Below are positions 25,637-39,689 of a stretch of DNA of 64,000 nucleotides, piece by piece. The translations under genes and the position numbers were made by a program. The notes beneath the pieces are model-generated. The model was not told where the DNA came from and ran no database searches. It saw nothing but the letters and a program-made list of their open reading frames with translations. Source of the stretch: Octopus sinensis (lineage: Eukaryota); NCBI RefSeq assembly GCF_006345805.1, contig NC_043004.1, forward strand, positions 4,650,001 to 4,714,000. Direction: 5' to 3'. How positions within the stretch are numbered: the stretch's first letter is position 1; each line of letters starts with the position of its first letter.

Positions 25637-26601
25637 CAGCAGATTCTAAGATGTCATGAGGACAAGAGACACGTTTCATCTGTGACAGAGTGCTTGTCTG
25701 TTGCCGGTAACTTTCTCAAAACTTCTGGTACCTATACCTGGCAGCACAGTAGTTCGTGATACTGCACACTATTAACTTTGATTACTTATCCAACCTACTT
25801 TGATAACTATCTTTTATGACTTTTATATTATTTTAAGATATTATATGTGGTTGTTTGGCATTTGGAAGGAAATCTTAACATAATGTCTTTTAATCCAGCT
25901 CTTCATATTTTGCTGCACATATAATCTGTCAGACATTTATAACGAAGTTATTAATTGTAATCGTTGTAACAGTTTAAAATTGTGCAAAAATTGATATCAG
26001 ATGAAGCATAACAATGAGGCTTGTAATATTTAGCATAAAATTTTGTCGAATAATAGTTTTTCTTCCTATTTCTTTTTATGTTTCCCATACTTAAAACCAT
26101 TTTCTCTGCATATCTGAATTGAAATTTCCAATTTGCATCAGATATTTAATTCATGTATATTTAAAAAAAAAAAAAAAAATTCTAAAGTACTGAATATCAT
26201 ATAATTTTTAAGATATTCCAATAGATTATACAGAACAAGTGTAATTTTGCATGTTTAATATATATTAATAAATAAATATATATAGTATATATTTAGTATT
26301 TATTCTCATTTAAATACCGGTTCCATCTCTCTCTCTCTCTCTCTCTCAGCTGCATATATCCCCATCCATGTCTGTTGATGTTAAACAGCCATGCTGCTAC
26401 TGTGGATGCCTGTCTCGATTGCAAAGGGAAACCTCATTGTATGTGTTTGCAATTGGCGCTTGCTGCTCTTTATCTAAATACTATTTTATTTATGTATGAT
26501 TGAGTGCCTGCTTGGATTGTTCTTTTAGTACTGAGATCTTCTTGCGATAAACAAAATATCAAAAGCAAATAATGGAAAAAGAAATAAAAGAACAAAACTA
26601 C

Positions 26602-26632
<31 letters not shown>

Positions 26633-27006
26633 ATATACGTGCACACACACACAACCGAACCCATTTGTCACTTGTTTTATTGATTTAGGTTCCATTGCCA
26701 GCTACTCACATTTTTACTGGCAATGAAAGATAATTGTTGTAAAAAGACAACAAACAACTGCAAATAATATTAATCAACAGCAACAAAAACAGTCAAACAT
26801 GTCGATTTACTAACAGAGGAAATTTCCGAGAATAAAGGTGGCTTGTGTGAGTGCCACAGGATGGAAGGATGGATGGAGGAGGCTATACAGAATTAGATAA
26901 GTGTTTGATATTACAGTAGTGCTGTTTCCTCAGACATCTGCTGCTGCTGTTGCTGCTTGTGTGTCTATGTAGGTTTGGATGCATCTGTATGTATGTATGT
27001 GTTTGC

Positions 27007-27038
<32 letters not shown>

Positions 27039-27888
27039 CTGTCTTTCCAACAAAGACAGCCCTAGTTCTACTACATACATCTTAATGCATGTGTATGCTA
27101 TTTATAGAATCTTTAAGCATCCCCTCTCTTCATTACTTTCAAAAAGCCCTATACAATAGTTGCTATGGTGCTGCATGCTCTTCCATTACCCCTGTCTCCA
27201 CCAGTCCCTACACAAAAATATATCTGTTGTTTCAAAAAATAAATAAACAAAATAGCTTGCACCCCTTATTTCAATTTACTGAACGTAGTTCTCTGTTGGA
27301 AGGAAAATATGTTTTCTTTCTGTCTTCACCTTAAGATCCTCAATGTCTTCTTCCTCTTGTCTGCTCTTCCCCTTACGTCTCTTGTCTGTCTTTCTTTGAG
27401 GTTAAAATTACTGAATAAATAAATACACAAGGATGAACCGAACATTGGATAGTTGCCTTTATACGATACTGCTTTTGTCAGTATATCACTGTTGTCTTTT
27501 GGAAAGGCATGAATAATGCCACAGCATTTCATTCCTCTCTTCCTTTTTGAATCTGAAGCATAAAATCAGCAATGTCTTTTATTTTTGTAGTCATGTTTAC
27601 CATTTGAATTACAGCTGCTGTTTTTATTTACATATAGTTGTATGTTTTGTTTATTCAGTCCCAAGTCAGTGTGTTGATCAAAGACATTCCAGCTGTGTCC
27701 ATCCAGCCTGTCTTTTATTCAGACATTGCAGCTAAAACTACACACTGTATTTTCTGGCATGAAAGTTGATGTAGTATATAAGTTGAGGTAGATTTTTCAA
27801 AAAAAAAATCAATGTTAAATCTTTATTCACTGTATAAATCAAAGCCCTTTTTTCTGAATAACTATTTTACCAGAGATATTTTGGATAT

Positions 27889-28232
27889 CTTTTGCTTGTT
27901 TCAGTCATTAGACTGCAGCCATGCATCTTGAAGAATTTCAGTTGAACAAATCAACCCCAGTACTTATTTTTTTAAAGCCTGATACCTATTTTATTGATCT
28001 GTTTTTGCTGAATCACTAAGTTACAGACATGTAAACACACCAGCACTAGTTGTCAAACGGTGATAGGCAACAAACATAGACACAAAGTCGCGCACACACA
28101 CACATACATGTATGATGGGCTTCTTTCAGTTTCTGCCTGCCAAATCTATAGTAGATGACACTTACCAAGGGTGCCATGCAGTGGGACTGAACCCAGAACT
28201 ATGTGTTTGAGAAACAAACTTCTTACCATATA
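27889..28232 (-). mobile_element. SINE family A
   Basis: Tail ttgtttcagtcattagactgcagccatgc through head gcagtgggactgaacccagaac. Confidence 0.8.
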
Positions 28233-28649
28233 GGTTTTTATGGAGAAATCTAGTCATCATTGAGTTCAGTATGGACTTGTCCAGGGAACAGAGAGAAATG
28301 GAACATTTCATAACAGGATGAAAAAAGTCAAAATAAAAAAAAATGTTTCCATTTGAAGTAATATTTAATTATTTCACATTTGATTTTTAATATTTGCCTT
28401 TATTTATGATTATAATTTTACACCAATGGTAACACAAAGTAAGTATAAAGACAAGAGGTAACTAAAATTTTTGTTATGCCATCATAGCAACCTGAGGTGT
28501 AAACATTCTAACATTGTCCCTAGCTTTCTTAATTTAATCCTCACATATCTCCTCTTTAGGGTGGAGAGATGGGGTGTCTCCTTTTACGAGAAACATTGAT
28601 CTTGGGCATTCTAGTTAAGATCCTTCATCTTCAGTTTATGTGTGTGTGT

Positions 28650-28907
28650 GGAGGCATAGCTATGTGATTGAGAAGTTTGCTTCACAAGCATGTAGTTTCA
28701 GGTTCAGTCCCACTGTATGACACCTTGGGCAATGACCTTTACTGTAACTCTAGGCCAACCAAAGCCTTATGAGTGGATTTGGTAGATGAAAACTGAAAGA
28801 AGCTTATCATATGACTGCATTGTTAATACATGATGTCTTTTTGACTGAACCTGGAACCATGATGGTTGGGAAGCAAGCTTCTTACCATACAGCCAGGCCT
28901 GTGCCTC
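28650..28907. mobile_element. SINE A head+core (+, 28650-28805) followed by an inverted SINE A head (-, 28843-28907)
   Basis: ggttcagtcccactg... then gactgaacctggaaccatg...cagccaggcctgtgcc. Confidence 0.75.
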
Positions 28908-29059
28908 CACACAGCCAATGGAAGGCATGCATTAAAGATAAATAAGAATAAAATAGCATTTAGTCAGATATCCAAAATTTCTCTGATTGGAAGGACATCC
29001 ACAAGGCATTAAACCTGGAAGCCTACTAATCATGTTGTGTGGCACTTTGTTCCATTTTT

Positions 29060-29930
29060 TTAGCTTTATAATCATTCATATAGCTCACTCAATTTCATGA
29101 TTTCCTTTGTTGAATATTCATGTTCATCCATTTCCATAAGTTTTCTATTAGATTTAAATTCAGGGATTGCAAAAAAAAAAAAAAGCCAAGAAAAAGGAAA
29201 ACAGAGCTACAGTAGTTCTGAAGTTTTACTTTTTGATTTTGATGAATTTCTTGTTTTATTCCTGTGGTATTCTTCAGGTTGTTGTAATGTTGAGAAAACC
29301 TATGACTAGTCCAAATGACTCTTGGCATATGAAAGCATAGGTTTTTTTTTTTCCTCAAGAATCTCCAGATAGGCTGTACTCTTCATGCCGCCTTTGGTTA
29401 TGTGACTAACCCCTTTTCCAGGAGCATTCAATCTCAAACCATGTTATTTGTCACTGTTGTGCTTTAAGTCAGATTCATACTTCAGGTGAAATTAGTCTCA
29501 TGTATGATATCGGACATACACTTAGCCATCAAAGCCTAACAAATTAAATTTTCACTTGACCACTTTGATGACATCCAATCCTTATGCTCTTGAGCAAAGT
29601 GAATGCAAGTATGTCGAATTTTCATTGTCATCTACATATTTTTTTTAATGCACTACACATCCTATCTTCCCAAATTACTTAGGCAATTTTTTTCTATGGT
29701 AGGGACACCAGTTTGCATATGCTTTTTCTTTTGAAAATTATTCAAAATGTCAACAGCAGTCATTTTCCTCAACCTCATTGCCAAATGAAATATTTATTGG
29801 TTTATCCTATCAGTTACGGCTGCCCTGTTTCAGGATGGTCAGAATAGCTGCCAATTTCGCTGAAAATGTTTGTAATATAGTGAGCAGCAGTTATTGAACA
29901 GCCAACTTCAGCTTTTTCATTTGCCCATCA
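29060..29930 (-). pseudogene. Highly decayed Tc1-family transposase
   Basis: Minus-strand LQSLNLNLIENLWKWM resembles the Tc1 SPDLNPIENLW motif; upstream GKGVSHITKGGMKSTAYLEILE resembles G.G.L..I.G.M....Y..IL; many stops and frameshifts. Confidence 0.65.
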
Positions 29931-30246
29931 CAACAGATCATAAGATATAAATAGTTTAGGAAGATATAAATAGATTATATACATGTTATAAATAGTTTGT
30001 CCTACTTACACGGAATATAGTATTCAAATAGGTTTTACCTAAAGTGTTCTTAAATTGCTGTTAATTTTCTGGCTTTATCGATATTATCAGTTGATGCATT
30101 AGCTAATTAAAGTTTTCATATTATTTATAACAGTAAGTAAATCATTTTTTTATTTATATAATTTGAGTCCAAAGTCATTAAATGTATGGAAATGATTAAC
30201 ATTTGATCATCAGAACTTTGTGTTGTAAATTGTATATGTGTATGTA

Positions 30247-33200
30247 TATATATGTTTTTATATGCATGTGGTAATAGATACATGCATACATGCGACTACA
30301 TGTGTGTCTATATATAATAATAAGGTCTAGGGAGAGCTGAAGAGCAAGGTCTTCATGTAAGAAAACCTTGACTACTCATACATCTGTATTAACAACACCA
30401 AATAACTCTCGACCACTGTAAGGTGTCCCGGAGCTGAGAAGGGGGTTCCAGGACAAATCAAATGTAATATTCCTGGATATCCTTCTGCTGGGACTGAACG
30501 GATCCTGGGATTGCTGGTCCTGGCCTCTACTACTGTGTGAGTCTGTCTGTATAAACTCACACACTCAGATATGTCATCTTTGATGTGGCTGTTGAAGTAT
30601 TTGATAAAGGTTTTCTTTATCTTAAGGAACTGGTATTTGATGTTGATTGTTGTTTAACTCCAGGTCAGGTTTGAGCCAGCAGATCTATGATCAAAGGCTA
30701 TGATGGAACTATGATGGAAGCATTTCAGCCAGGAATGTCCCATAACTTTTCAGATGTGTTTTGTGAAGGGCTACATTATTCAATTAGTTCTTCATTTTTT
30801 AAATGCAGTTCTAAGCAGTTGTTAAAGCTGCTATTTCTAACAAGTTATGCACAGTGGAATGACACCCCTCCCACTCTGCATTGTGTGATAGTTTCTTTCT
30901 TTCTTTCTTTTTTTTTCTTTTTTTTTTTTTTAAGCTGATGAATATCTGAACTCTCTGCTTATCAGTTTTAACTAGCAACAGACAGGTCAGGCTCATAGTT
31001 TTCCTAGGGATCGGTCTGACTGCTTGTTGGATCACCTAACTGGTTTGCCAGATTTTCTTTCTGTCCAGGGAACACAGGCCTTCAATTTACAAGCCATTGC
31101 TATATAACAAGCAGAGATATGGTTGGTCTCGTCTTCCTCTCTCCTCCCCTCCTCCTCCTCCTTTCAATTACTCTCTCTTTCTCAATTGTCAGCTGGCTCT
31201 CTTGCTATATTAGTCACCCAGTAACAACTGTGCTAATCATTCTGTTTTTGTTATAGAAGCTTCAGTGCATTGGTCTGTTATGTGTTGGGTGTGCAAAATA
31301 TTGGTGGTAGGTGGTAGTGGTAGGTGGGTAGTGTAAGTTGTGAAAAAGTGATGTAATATGTGGGTGATGTGTGTTGTTTATATCAATTGGCCACTCTTCT
31401 GTGTTGGGGATATGTGTTTGTACAGTGGTCTGGTGGATGGATGCGTTGGAATTGTGGATGTGTTTAATATCAGTGTTGGTAATGATTGGGATATCTTGTA
31501 TACTGTGGTGTGTGTGTGTATGTCAACAGTGCATTGTTATTATATTATTGGTGGTAAGATATAAGTCGCGTGTGGTTGGTTGATATTGGTGGTGCCAGGG
31601 TATGTTTTGCTTGTACATGCATATGGGACATGTGTGTTAATACTGAGGGTGGGGCAATATGTTGTGAACAGTGTGTGTGTGTGTGTTGGCTGGTGGATAT
31701 ATGCGAAGTGGGTTTATGTGTAGTTGTAGTAAATTGGTGGTTGTGGTAAACTTGTGTGTTGGTGAATATGGGGAGGTTGACTATATATGTTTTTATGTGC
31801 ATGTGTGTATATACATGTATACATGCATGTCTATATGTGTGTGCATATATATATATATGTATATATGTATGTATATAGATTTATATACAAATGTGTATGT
31901 ATGCACACACACACACATGTCTATATATAATAATAAGGTCTAGGGAGAGCTGAAGAGCAGAAGGTCTTCAAGGAAGAAACCTTGACCTCATACATCTGTT
32001 CCAACCCATAACACTATACCACTGTAAGGGGTCCCCGGGTCACATCCATGTCATGATTCCTGGATATCCTTCTGCTGCTACATCCTGTGCTGCTGTCTGT
32101 CTGTTTGATAAACTTCACACACTCAGATATGTCATCTTTGTATGTGGCTGTTGAAGTATTTGATAAAGGTTTTCTTTATCTTAAGGAACTGGTATTTGAT
32201 GTTGATTGTGTTAACTCACAGGTCAGGTTTGAGCCAGCAGATCTATGATCAAAGGCTATGATGGAACTATGATGGAAGCATTTCAGCCAGGAATGTCCCA
32301 TAACTTTTCAGATGTGTTTTTGTGAAGGCTACATTATTCAATTAGTTCTTCATTTTTTAAATGCAGTTCTAAGCAGTTGTTAAAGCTGCTATTTCTAACA
32401 AGTTATGCACAGTGGAATGACACCCCTCCCACTCTGCATTGTGTGATAGTTTCTTTCTTTCTTTCTTTTTTTTTTTTTTTTTTTTTTTTAAGCTGATGAA
32501 TATCTGAACTCTCTGCTTATCAGTTTTAACTAGCAACAGACAGGTCAGGCTCATAGTTTTTCATGGGTCTGTCTGACTGCTTGTTGGATCACCTAACTGG
32601 TTTGCCAGCTTTTCTTTCTGTCCAGGGAACACAGGCCTTCAATTTACAAGCCATTGCTATATAACAAGCAGAGATATGGTTGTTCTCTGTCTCTCTCTCT
32701 CTCTCCTCCTCCTCCTCCTCCTTTCAATTACTCTCTCTTTCTCAATTGTCAGCTGGCTCTCTTGCTATATTAGTCACCCAGTAACAACTGTGCTAATCAT
32801 TCTGTTTTTGTTATAGAAGCTTCAGTGCATTGGTCTGTTATGTGTGTGTGTGCAAAATATTGGTGGTAGTAGTTGTGAAATAAGGCTTGTACTTGTGTGT
32901 ATGTGTGTTTATATCAATGCCACTCTTCTGCGTTTGGGATATGCCTTGTACAGTGTCTGCGTGGATTTGTGTGTGTTTAATATCAGTGTTGGTAATGATG
33001 GGATATCTTGTATACTGTGAGTGTGTGTGTATGTCAACAGTGCATTGTTATTATATTATTGGTTGGTAAGATATAAGTGCGTGTGGTTGTTGATATTGGT
33101 GGTGCCAGGTTATGTTTTGCTTGTACATGCATATGGACATGTGTGTTAATACTGAGGGTGGGGCAATATGTTGTGAACATGTGTGTGTGTGTGTGTTGGT

Positions 33201-33280
33201 GTGTGATATATGCAGAAGTGTGTTTATGTGTAGTAATATTGGTGGTAAAATTGTGTGTGTGTGAATATGGGGAGGTGACT
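30247..33280. repeat. Tandem duplication of ~1.5 kb (copy 1 ~30247-31782, copy 2 ~31783-33280)
   Basis: ctatatataataataaggtctagggagagctgaagagca at ~30308 and ~31921; near-identical middle ~700 bp; both copies end at gaatatgggg(g)aggt(t)gact. Confidence 0.92.
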
Positions 33281-34099
33281 GTGGGAATGTCAGGCTGGTG
33301 GTGGGGCACTGTATCATGTACATGGATATGTCTGTCTGTCTGTCTATCTGTGTGTGTGTGTGTGTGTGTGCATGTTGTCATCACATCAGGTTAGTAAGAG
33401 TTTATGTCCCTGCACGGTATACGCATTTGTGTTGTATGACTTGCCTGCCTCAGGTGTTATTTCTGTTGTTTTTCTCTAATACCAAAAAAAAAAATCAGAA
33501 ACAATCTCATCATAGTTACGACAACAGCAATAGAAAATAATGAGGTTGGTTTGAGAACAACAGGCATACACAGTTGCCCTCTCTTTCTCTCCCTTTCACA
33601 CACACATACACACTCACTCACGCAGGCACACAGCTGTACGATTGGTGAAATTTAATTATTTCAATCATTTGTGATAACTGATTCTTATGCTGTCAGAAAC
33701 AAGTGACTCTTATCTCAGCCCTGAGTTATTGGGCTATTTCTACTGTTATGAAAGGTCACATTTATTAACCCACAGTTATATTGCTATGGCTATTCCTTTG
33801 GTACATAGTTGTCATAATGTCGTGTGGATATGTTTTGTATCAGGATGACCATATGTTGCACAACCATATTGTTTGTAATGTATATAAAATGAGTGTCTTC
33901 ATCTTTGCCCTTGAGTTGTTAGGTTGTTTGTATGATATTAGAATTCACATTTAATACTCAATAACCCACAGTAATTGATTATTAAATTTACCTTGCTTTG
34001 TGGTTATTGTATTGTCAGATAATATCTTTGTTTTTATCCTTATAACCATATTCCTATGTATATATGGTAATCAGCATATCATCTCTTGACTCAGTCAGT

Positions 34100-34412
34100 C
34101 ACGAATGACCATGGGTGAACTTAAGCGATTCCCATTTTGGATTGCACAGCCTAAGGTTGTTCTCATGGAAGACCATCAGTCGCCCATGCATACCAGCCTC
34201 CCCTCTCCATGCCACCGATGTTATCCAAGGAAAAGGCAAAGGCCGATACAGCTTGGCACCAGTGATGTCGCAACTCGTTTCTACAGCTGAGTGAACTGGA
34301 GCAATGTGAAATATAAAGTGTCTTGCTCAAGAACACAACACGCAGCCCGGTCCAGGAATTGAACTCACAACCTCATGATTGTAAGCTTGACACTCTAACC
34401 ACTGAACCATAT
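34100..34412 (-). mobile_element. SINE family C, relatively young
   Basis: cagctgagtgaactggagcaatgtgaaat...gtgtcttgctcaagaacacaacacgcagcccggtccaggaattgaactc...ctctaaccactga. Confidence 0.82.
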
Positions 34413-34984
34413 GCATATCATAGTGATGTATATATTGCAGTATCATTGTGATATGTTCATTGCCATGCCATTGTGCCAGTTTGTGATGGTCATTGCTCTC
34501 TCTTTGTGAGATGGCCTCTGTGGCACCATAGTAAGATAGCTATCACTATATAAAAGAGAGACAGCTGCATTTTGTGTTACCATTATAGTGATATATTTAT
34601 TACATCCTTCTATATTGCTATATGATAGAAATATAGTTGTTGTTATAACATACAAATTAGGTTATTTGCTACATACTTATTGCTATACACTTATTATAAA
34701 CCATCTAAAATATAGTCTCTGTACGATAGTTATTGATGTTATAATTCAATAACAACTCAATATCATATGTAATCTTTAAGAGAAAAGATTTCATTTGGTG
34801 ATATATTAATATTTTGTGACAGTTGCAATCATGCAACTAAATTCATATGATGGTGTAGGCCAAAAATAGATGTTCTTTAACACGTTTCAATATTTTGAAA
34901 CCTATTATATTAATCTTATAACATCTAAGTAAACAATATGGAAAAAAATAAATATTGTTCATTTTCACCTTATTTAAGGATAAA

Positions 34985-35345
34985 GTCCTAACTACATGGC
35001 TTTGAGTTCTGTTCCACTGCATGGCACTTTTGGCAAGCATTTTGTGCTATAATCTCAGTCTGACCAAAGTGTTGTAAGTGGATTTGGTTGACTGAAACTG
35101 AAAGAAGCCTGTTTGTGTGTGTGTGTGTGTAATAGTTGTAAACAGGTGTCATCATCTTGCAAGCAGTGTTTTCATTTTCAATCTTCTGTGAAAACATGTC
35201 TGGTCACGGGGAAAATATTACCTTACTTGAAAACAGGTTATGATTGATGACAGGAAGAGCACCCAGCTGTATAATATTTGCCTCAACAAATTCCCTCTGC
35301 TACATGTGCGCATGGAAAAGCAGATTTAAAATGACAATGATGATA
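34985..35345 (+). mobile_element. SINE family A variant with (GAT)-type tail
   Basis: gttccactgcatggcacttttggcaag...gaaactgaaagaagcc-(TG)n-...gaaaacaggt...catggaaaagcagatttaaaatgac. Confidence 0.75.
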
Positions 35346-35844
35346 CATACACACAGAGTATTTTAACTGAATGTTAATAATTCAACAGCAACTACCAGAC
35401 ATAATTGTTTCATTATAATATTGTTCAAAACAAAAATTTTTAGAGCTTGTCCAAGCTTTCAATTTTGTTTTATTTTTTCTTCCCACAAGGGTGTAGTATT
35501 TGAAGCATGGATAAATTTTAACAATGGGTTCAAGCAGTACTCACCAAGCATTTCATTCAAAATTTCATTATAATTGTGCTTCAATTTTCATTAAAAATGT
35601 AATTCAAGGTTATAATTTCCTAAAATATTAAATGTGAAACTAAAGAAGCCCACTCTTTATTGGATGATAACTATATATCTTGACTTCAGTGCATTTATGA
35701 TAATTTTCCTAATTTTCCTGGTTTCAGAATGTTTATTTCTGCTATGATAACTGAAATTTTGGCCTAAAACCTCATATAACATTGATAGTATGATTTCAGC
35801 CTTGACCTAATCTTATATGTCCAAATACATTTGATCACATGCAT

Positions 35845-36060
35845 GAGGGGGTGTTGAAAAGTTCCTGGCTTTGGATAAAAGAAAATACAGGAGGATCAAT
35901 TAATTATGTTTTTATTGAACCTATATCCCTCTCAGATCCACACATGTATTGCTGTGGTTTCCCCCAGTTTTTCTAAGCCCTGTTAAAGAACTTGGAATGT
36001 TGGGCCTCTGACCAAGCTTTTTACGATACTCTTAAAGCTAGGAACTTTTCAGCACCCACT
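35845..36060. mobile_element. mariner-type MITE
   Basis: Imperfect ~25-bp TIRs gggggtgttgaaaagttcctggcttt / aaagctaggaacttttcagcaccc. Confidence 0.75.
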
Positions 36061-37667
36061 GTCAATCTACAGGATAGGAATAGATTCCATATATCATGTA
36101 TATATATATATAGATATATATATATAAAGGCCAACATGCCAACGAGTTATTGGTTCAACCCTCTTAGGAGATACTGTAAAAATCAACAATATTTTTTTAA
36201 TGCATCATTGGTTACCACTCTTTGATCTGAATTTTGTAGAAGAGGACATGCTGAAATGCTGTCATAGAGTACTTTATTTTTCTTAGCCAGTATGGTTGCT
36301 CAACCTGTTAGATATATCAGCCTGATCTTCCTTTGGCTTTACATTACTGTCTTAAAAAAAAAAAAAAGTGAAGACAGTAGTTGATAATTTGGCCCTCATT
36401 AAATAGGGCATTAAAAAAAAAAAAGCAACAATCATTGCTGAGACACCTTTGATCAAAGGTCTGCTTAATCAGAGCTTTGCTAGGTCTAAACTGATACAGA
36501 GGGATCTTCTTAGTGTGTATGTATGTATGCATGCGTGCGTGTGTGTGTGTGTGTGTGTGTGTGAGGGAGAGAGAAAGATAGGTGGATGAGAATAAGAAAT
36601 TATCCTGTAGCTGATTCTGAGCTATTAGAGAGAGAGAGAGTAGATTAGATCAGTAGTATTGGGTTAATATTTGTCTGATGTCTGACTGGTTCAGCTGTGT
36701 TGACTGACTTTTGTTATGTTTTTCTTTCTCGATTTGTTGCTCAAAGTTAATCAGGTCAGTTTTAAGCTAATATTCATCAATCCAAGTGAATGTGCTAAAA
36801 AAACAAAAACCAAACCAAGCCAAGCCAAGCCAAACCAAGTAATGTATATAAATGCCTTCTTGTTATAAGAATGTTGTTTTGTATAATAAATACCTTCTTG
36901 TTACAAGATTGTTATTTTATGAGTATGACTGTTCATGTGTTGTAGCCCCAGGTCATCTCTGATCAGGCTGTCCTGCATTTAAGGATATTGTTTCAGTAAT
37001 ACTCTACAGCACTGTATATATGTTTGGGTCTTAAGGAAATGGTTTTATGTGTAATGACTGGAAACTACAGTAACAAACTATGCCTTTTACACATCCAGAA
37101 GCCCTTTCATTTTTAGTATATTTGATTGAGTCATATTGTTTGTGGGTGCACTGTTTTCTATCTATTGTTGAGATATGAGGGACCTAAGCAGGACAGGTAT
37201 AGTTCATGATGGATCTAATATGTTGTTTATACACTATTATTGTTGTTGATTCTTTCTGTTGACTGAATATGGTATCTGTGATTGCTCTGAGCATGTTTGT
37301 TCATCATGTTGAATTCTTTCCTGTTTTCTGTGCGCTTTGAATGATGTGGACAAATTGCATGTAACATTTTGTCTTCTGTGTGTTATGTTTATGTTGTTGA
37401 GTATGGAGTGATTTGAAGTGGGTGAGAGGAGTTGGATACAGCAATGATGGTGAGGTGGAAAAGGGAGTGAATCAGGGGTGCTAAAGCAAAGGGATGTGGG
37501 ACCAGCTAGCTCTGAAGAACAAATTGAGCTACTTAGAATCTCTATTGTTGACTTGTGTATCACTTGGAATATGTATTCTTGGATTTTAGAATCAAATCTT
37601 AACAATTTGACATATATTTCTATCATCCTTAAGGTGTTACCTACAGCTTACTAATAATTTATATAAG

Positions 37668-37885
37668 TGAAGTGGTAAGCTGACAGAGTTAACATGCTGA
37701 GCAAATTTCTTAGTGGCATTTTGTCCATCTTTGTGTTTTGAGTTCAAATTCTGCTGAGGTCAACTTTGCCTTTTATCCTTTCATGGGCGATGAAAAAAGT
37801 ACCAGTTGAGCATCGGAGTCGATGTTTTCAACTTACCCTGTTCTCTGAACTTGCTGGCTTTGTGCCAAAATTTGAAACCAGTATT
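37668..37885 (+). mobile_element. SINE family B
   Basis: gtggtaagctgacagagtt...gagttcaaattctgctgaggtcaactttgccttttatccttt. Confidence 0.8.
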
Positions 37886-38473
37886 TTATATATGTGAATT
37901 TAAACCATTGTTGTATTCCATTTCAAGAAAGTTCATCCTTTCATAATTCTTAATATTTTTTGTGTCATGTGTAGAAAGTTATGTTTTTCATTAAATTTTC
38001 ATATACATTGGAAAAGCTTGAGGCTATATTAGCAATCATCATTTCCACTGTTAAAATAGTCCACACTCTTCTCTTTGCCTTCCTCTTTCTCTTAATCTTC
38101 TTCAAGAAATGTTTAGTTCTAGTATAGCTGGAATAATCTGTTGTATCAGCTTTATTGAGGTTTTCATTTCACTCTACTTTGTCAAGTGATTCTTAATGAG
38201 ACTTTCAACAGCAAACATGCACACAGCCAAATTTAATCATATTGTCATATCTCTCTCTTTGGAAATGAAAATAAAATGTTTTTGGTGGATTGCCAAATGT
38301 AAGCAACATTGATCCTGTTTTGTGTGAAAATGGGGAGATCATACGGGTATTGTCAGTCATTATCTAATTTATACTCATTTATGAAAATAGACTAAATTGA
38401 ATTGACAAATGTAATGATTATCTGGATGATTGGAGATATACTGAATTCTTGACTTTTCTAACCCATGCCAACA

Positions 38474-38858
38474 TCTCTCTATATATAAACGGCAATTTGT
38501 CTGTGCGTGTTTCTGTGTGTCTGTTTGGTTGTACCCTCACCCTGACCACTGCTTTCAACCGATTCTGATGAAACTTGACACACACATAGCCCAATGTCAT
38601 AATTCAAAACTAACGCAGCGAAAATTTTGAAAAGTTCCCCCAGTTCTGAAAAAAAATCGATAAATTCGACATGGGGTCAAGAATCAGAAACACAAACCAC
38701 AGACTGTCTAGGGGACGCAACTCGACCTTTTTTAACTCTCAAAAAAAATTTACCATCATTTTTTTCCATTTTTTTGCTATTTTTTGGCTATAACTCTCTA
38801 AAAATGCTTTATAGTTATTTCCCTTACAAACCTGAGCAACGCCGGGCGATACTGCTAG
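38474..38858 (+). mobile_element. Non-autonomous Helitron (385 bp)
   Basis: 5' TC (tctctctatatataaa), 3' subterminal GC-rich hairpin cctgagcaacgccggg and terminal CTAG; inserted between A and T with no TSD. Confidence 0.85.
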
Positions 38859-38894
38859 TAAAGAAATAAACGTCATCATTATTTTAAGTCAGTT

Positions 38895-39112
38895 TAAGGT
38901 GGCAAGCTGGCAGAATCATTAGAACCCCAAACAAGAGGCTTTGTGGCATTTCTTCTGGCTTTTTATTCTGAGAACAAATTCTGCCAAGGTCAACTTTATC
39001 TGTCATTCTTTTGGGTTTGATAAAATAAGTACCAGTTGAACACTGGGATTGATGTAATTGACTAGCACCCCTGCCTAAATTTCAGGCCTTGTGCTTATCA
39101 TAGAAAGAGTTA
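38895..39112 (+). mobile_element. SINE family B
   Basis: aaggtggcaagctggcagaatc...aaatttcaggccttgtgc; flanked by repeated ttattttaagtcagttt (probable TSD overlapping the tail). Confidence 0.8.
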
Positions 39113-39643
39113 TTTTAAGTCAGTTTTTCTATATTGCTATAGAGTGAATTGTACCTCCAACCCAGTGACTCATCACTTACTGTAGCCTCTTGTCAACTCC
39201 CTTGTCCAGCATCCTCAGATTTGACTTCACAATTTTTCTCTTGGTTGTCCTCTTCTGTTGGACCCTTCAGTATTACGTCTTATAGCAGAAACAACTGTAA
39301 TCTAAGGAAGTTAACATAATTGTTTATTCTTTTGTCATCCCAATTTCTTATATATATATATATATATCTATATAGTGTTTGTCTTTGTTGATTGTTTACT
39401 CTGTTGTTTGTTCATTCGAAGCCCTCACTCATCACAAATTTTATATTTAAAAAATTTTCTGGATGCAGCTGTCTTCTGAAATTTTCCTATCTTGTCACCG
39501 AAAGCATGAAATAGGGAGTAATAAAACAGTCAACAACTGAGGAGGAGTTAGACTTCTTTTGATATTTTGTCCAGTACTTGTCTCTACTTATGTGTTTACG
39601 TATTTTTCACTTGTTGGTGATGTCCTGTACTTAATGTGTATTT

Positions 39644-39689
<46 letters not shown>

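Noticed and set aside
31068-31125. Possible exon after ttttctttctgtccag in the duplicated block
   Set aside because: Donor is weak and differs between the two copies; no recognisable peptide
37237-37626. 129-aa minus-strand ORF
   Set aside because: No recognisable domain, motif or convincing splice context; expected by chance
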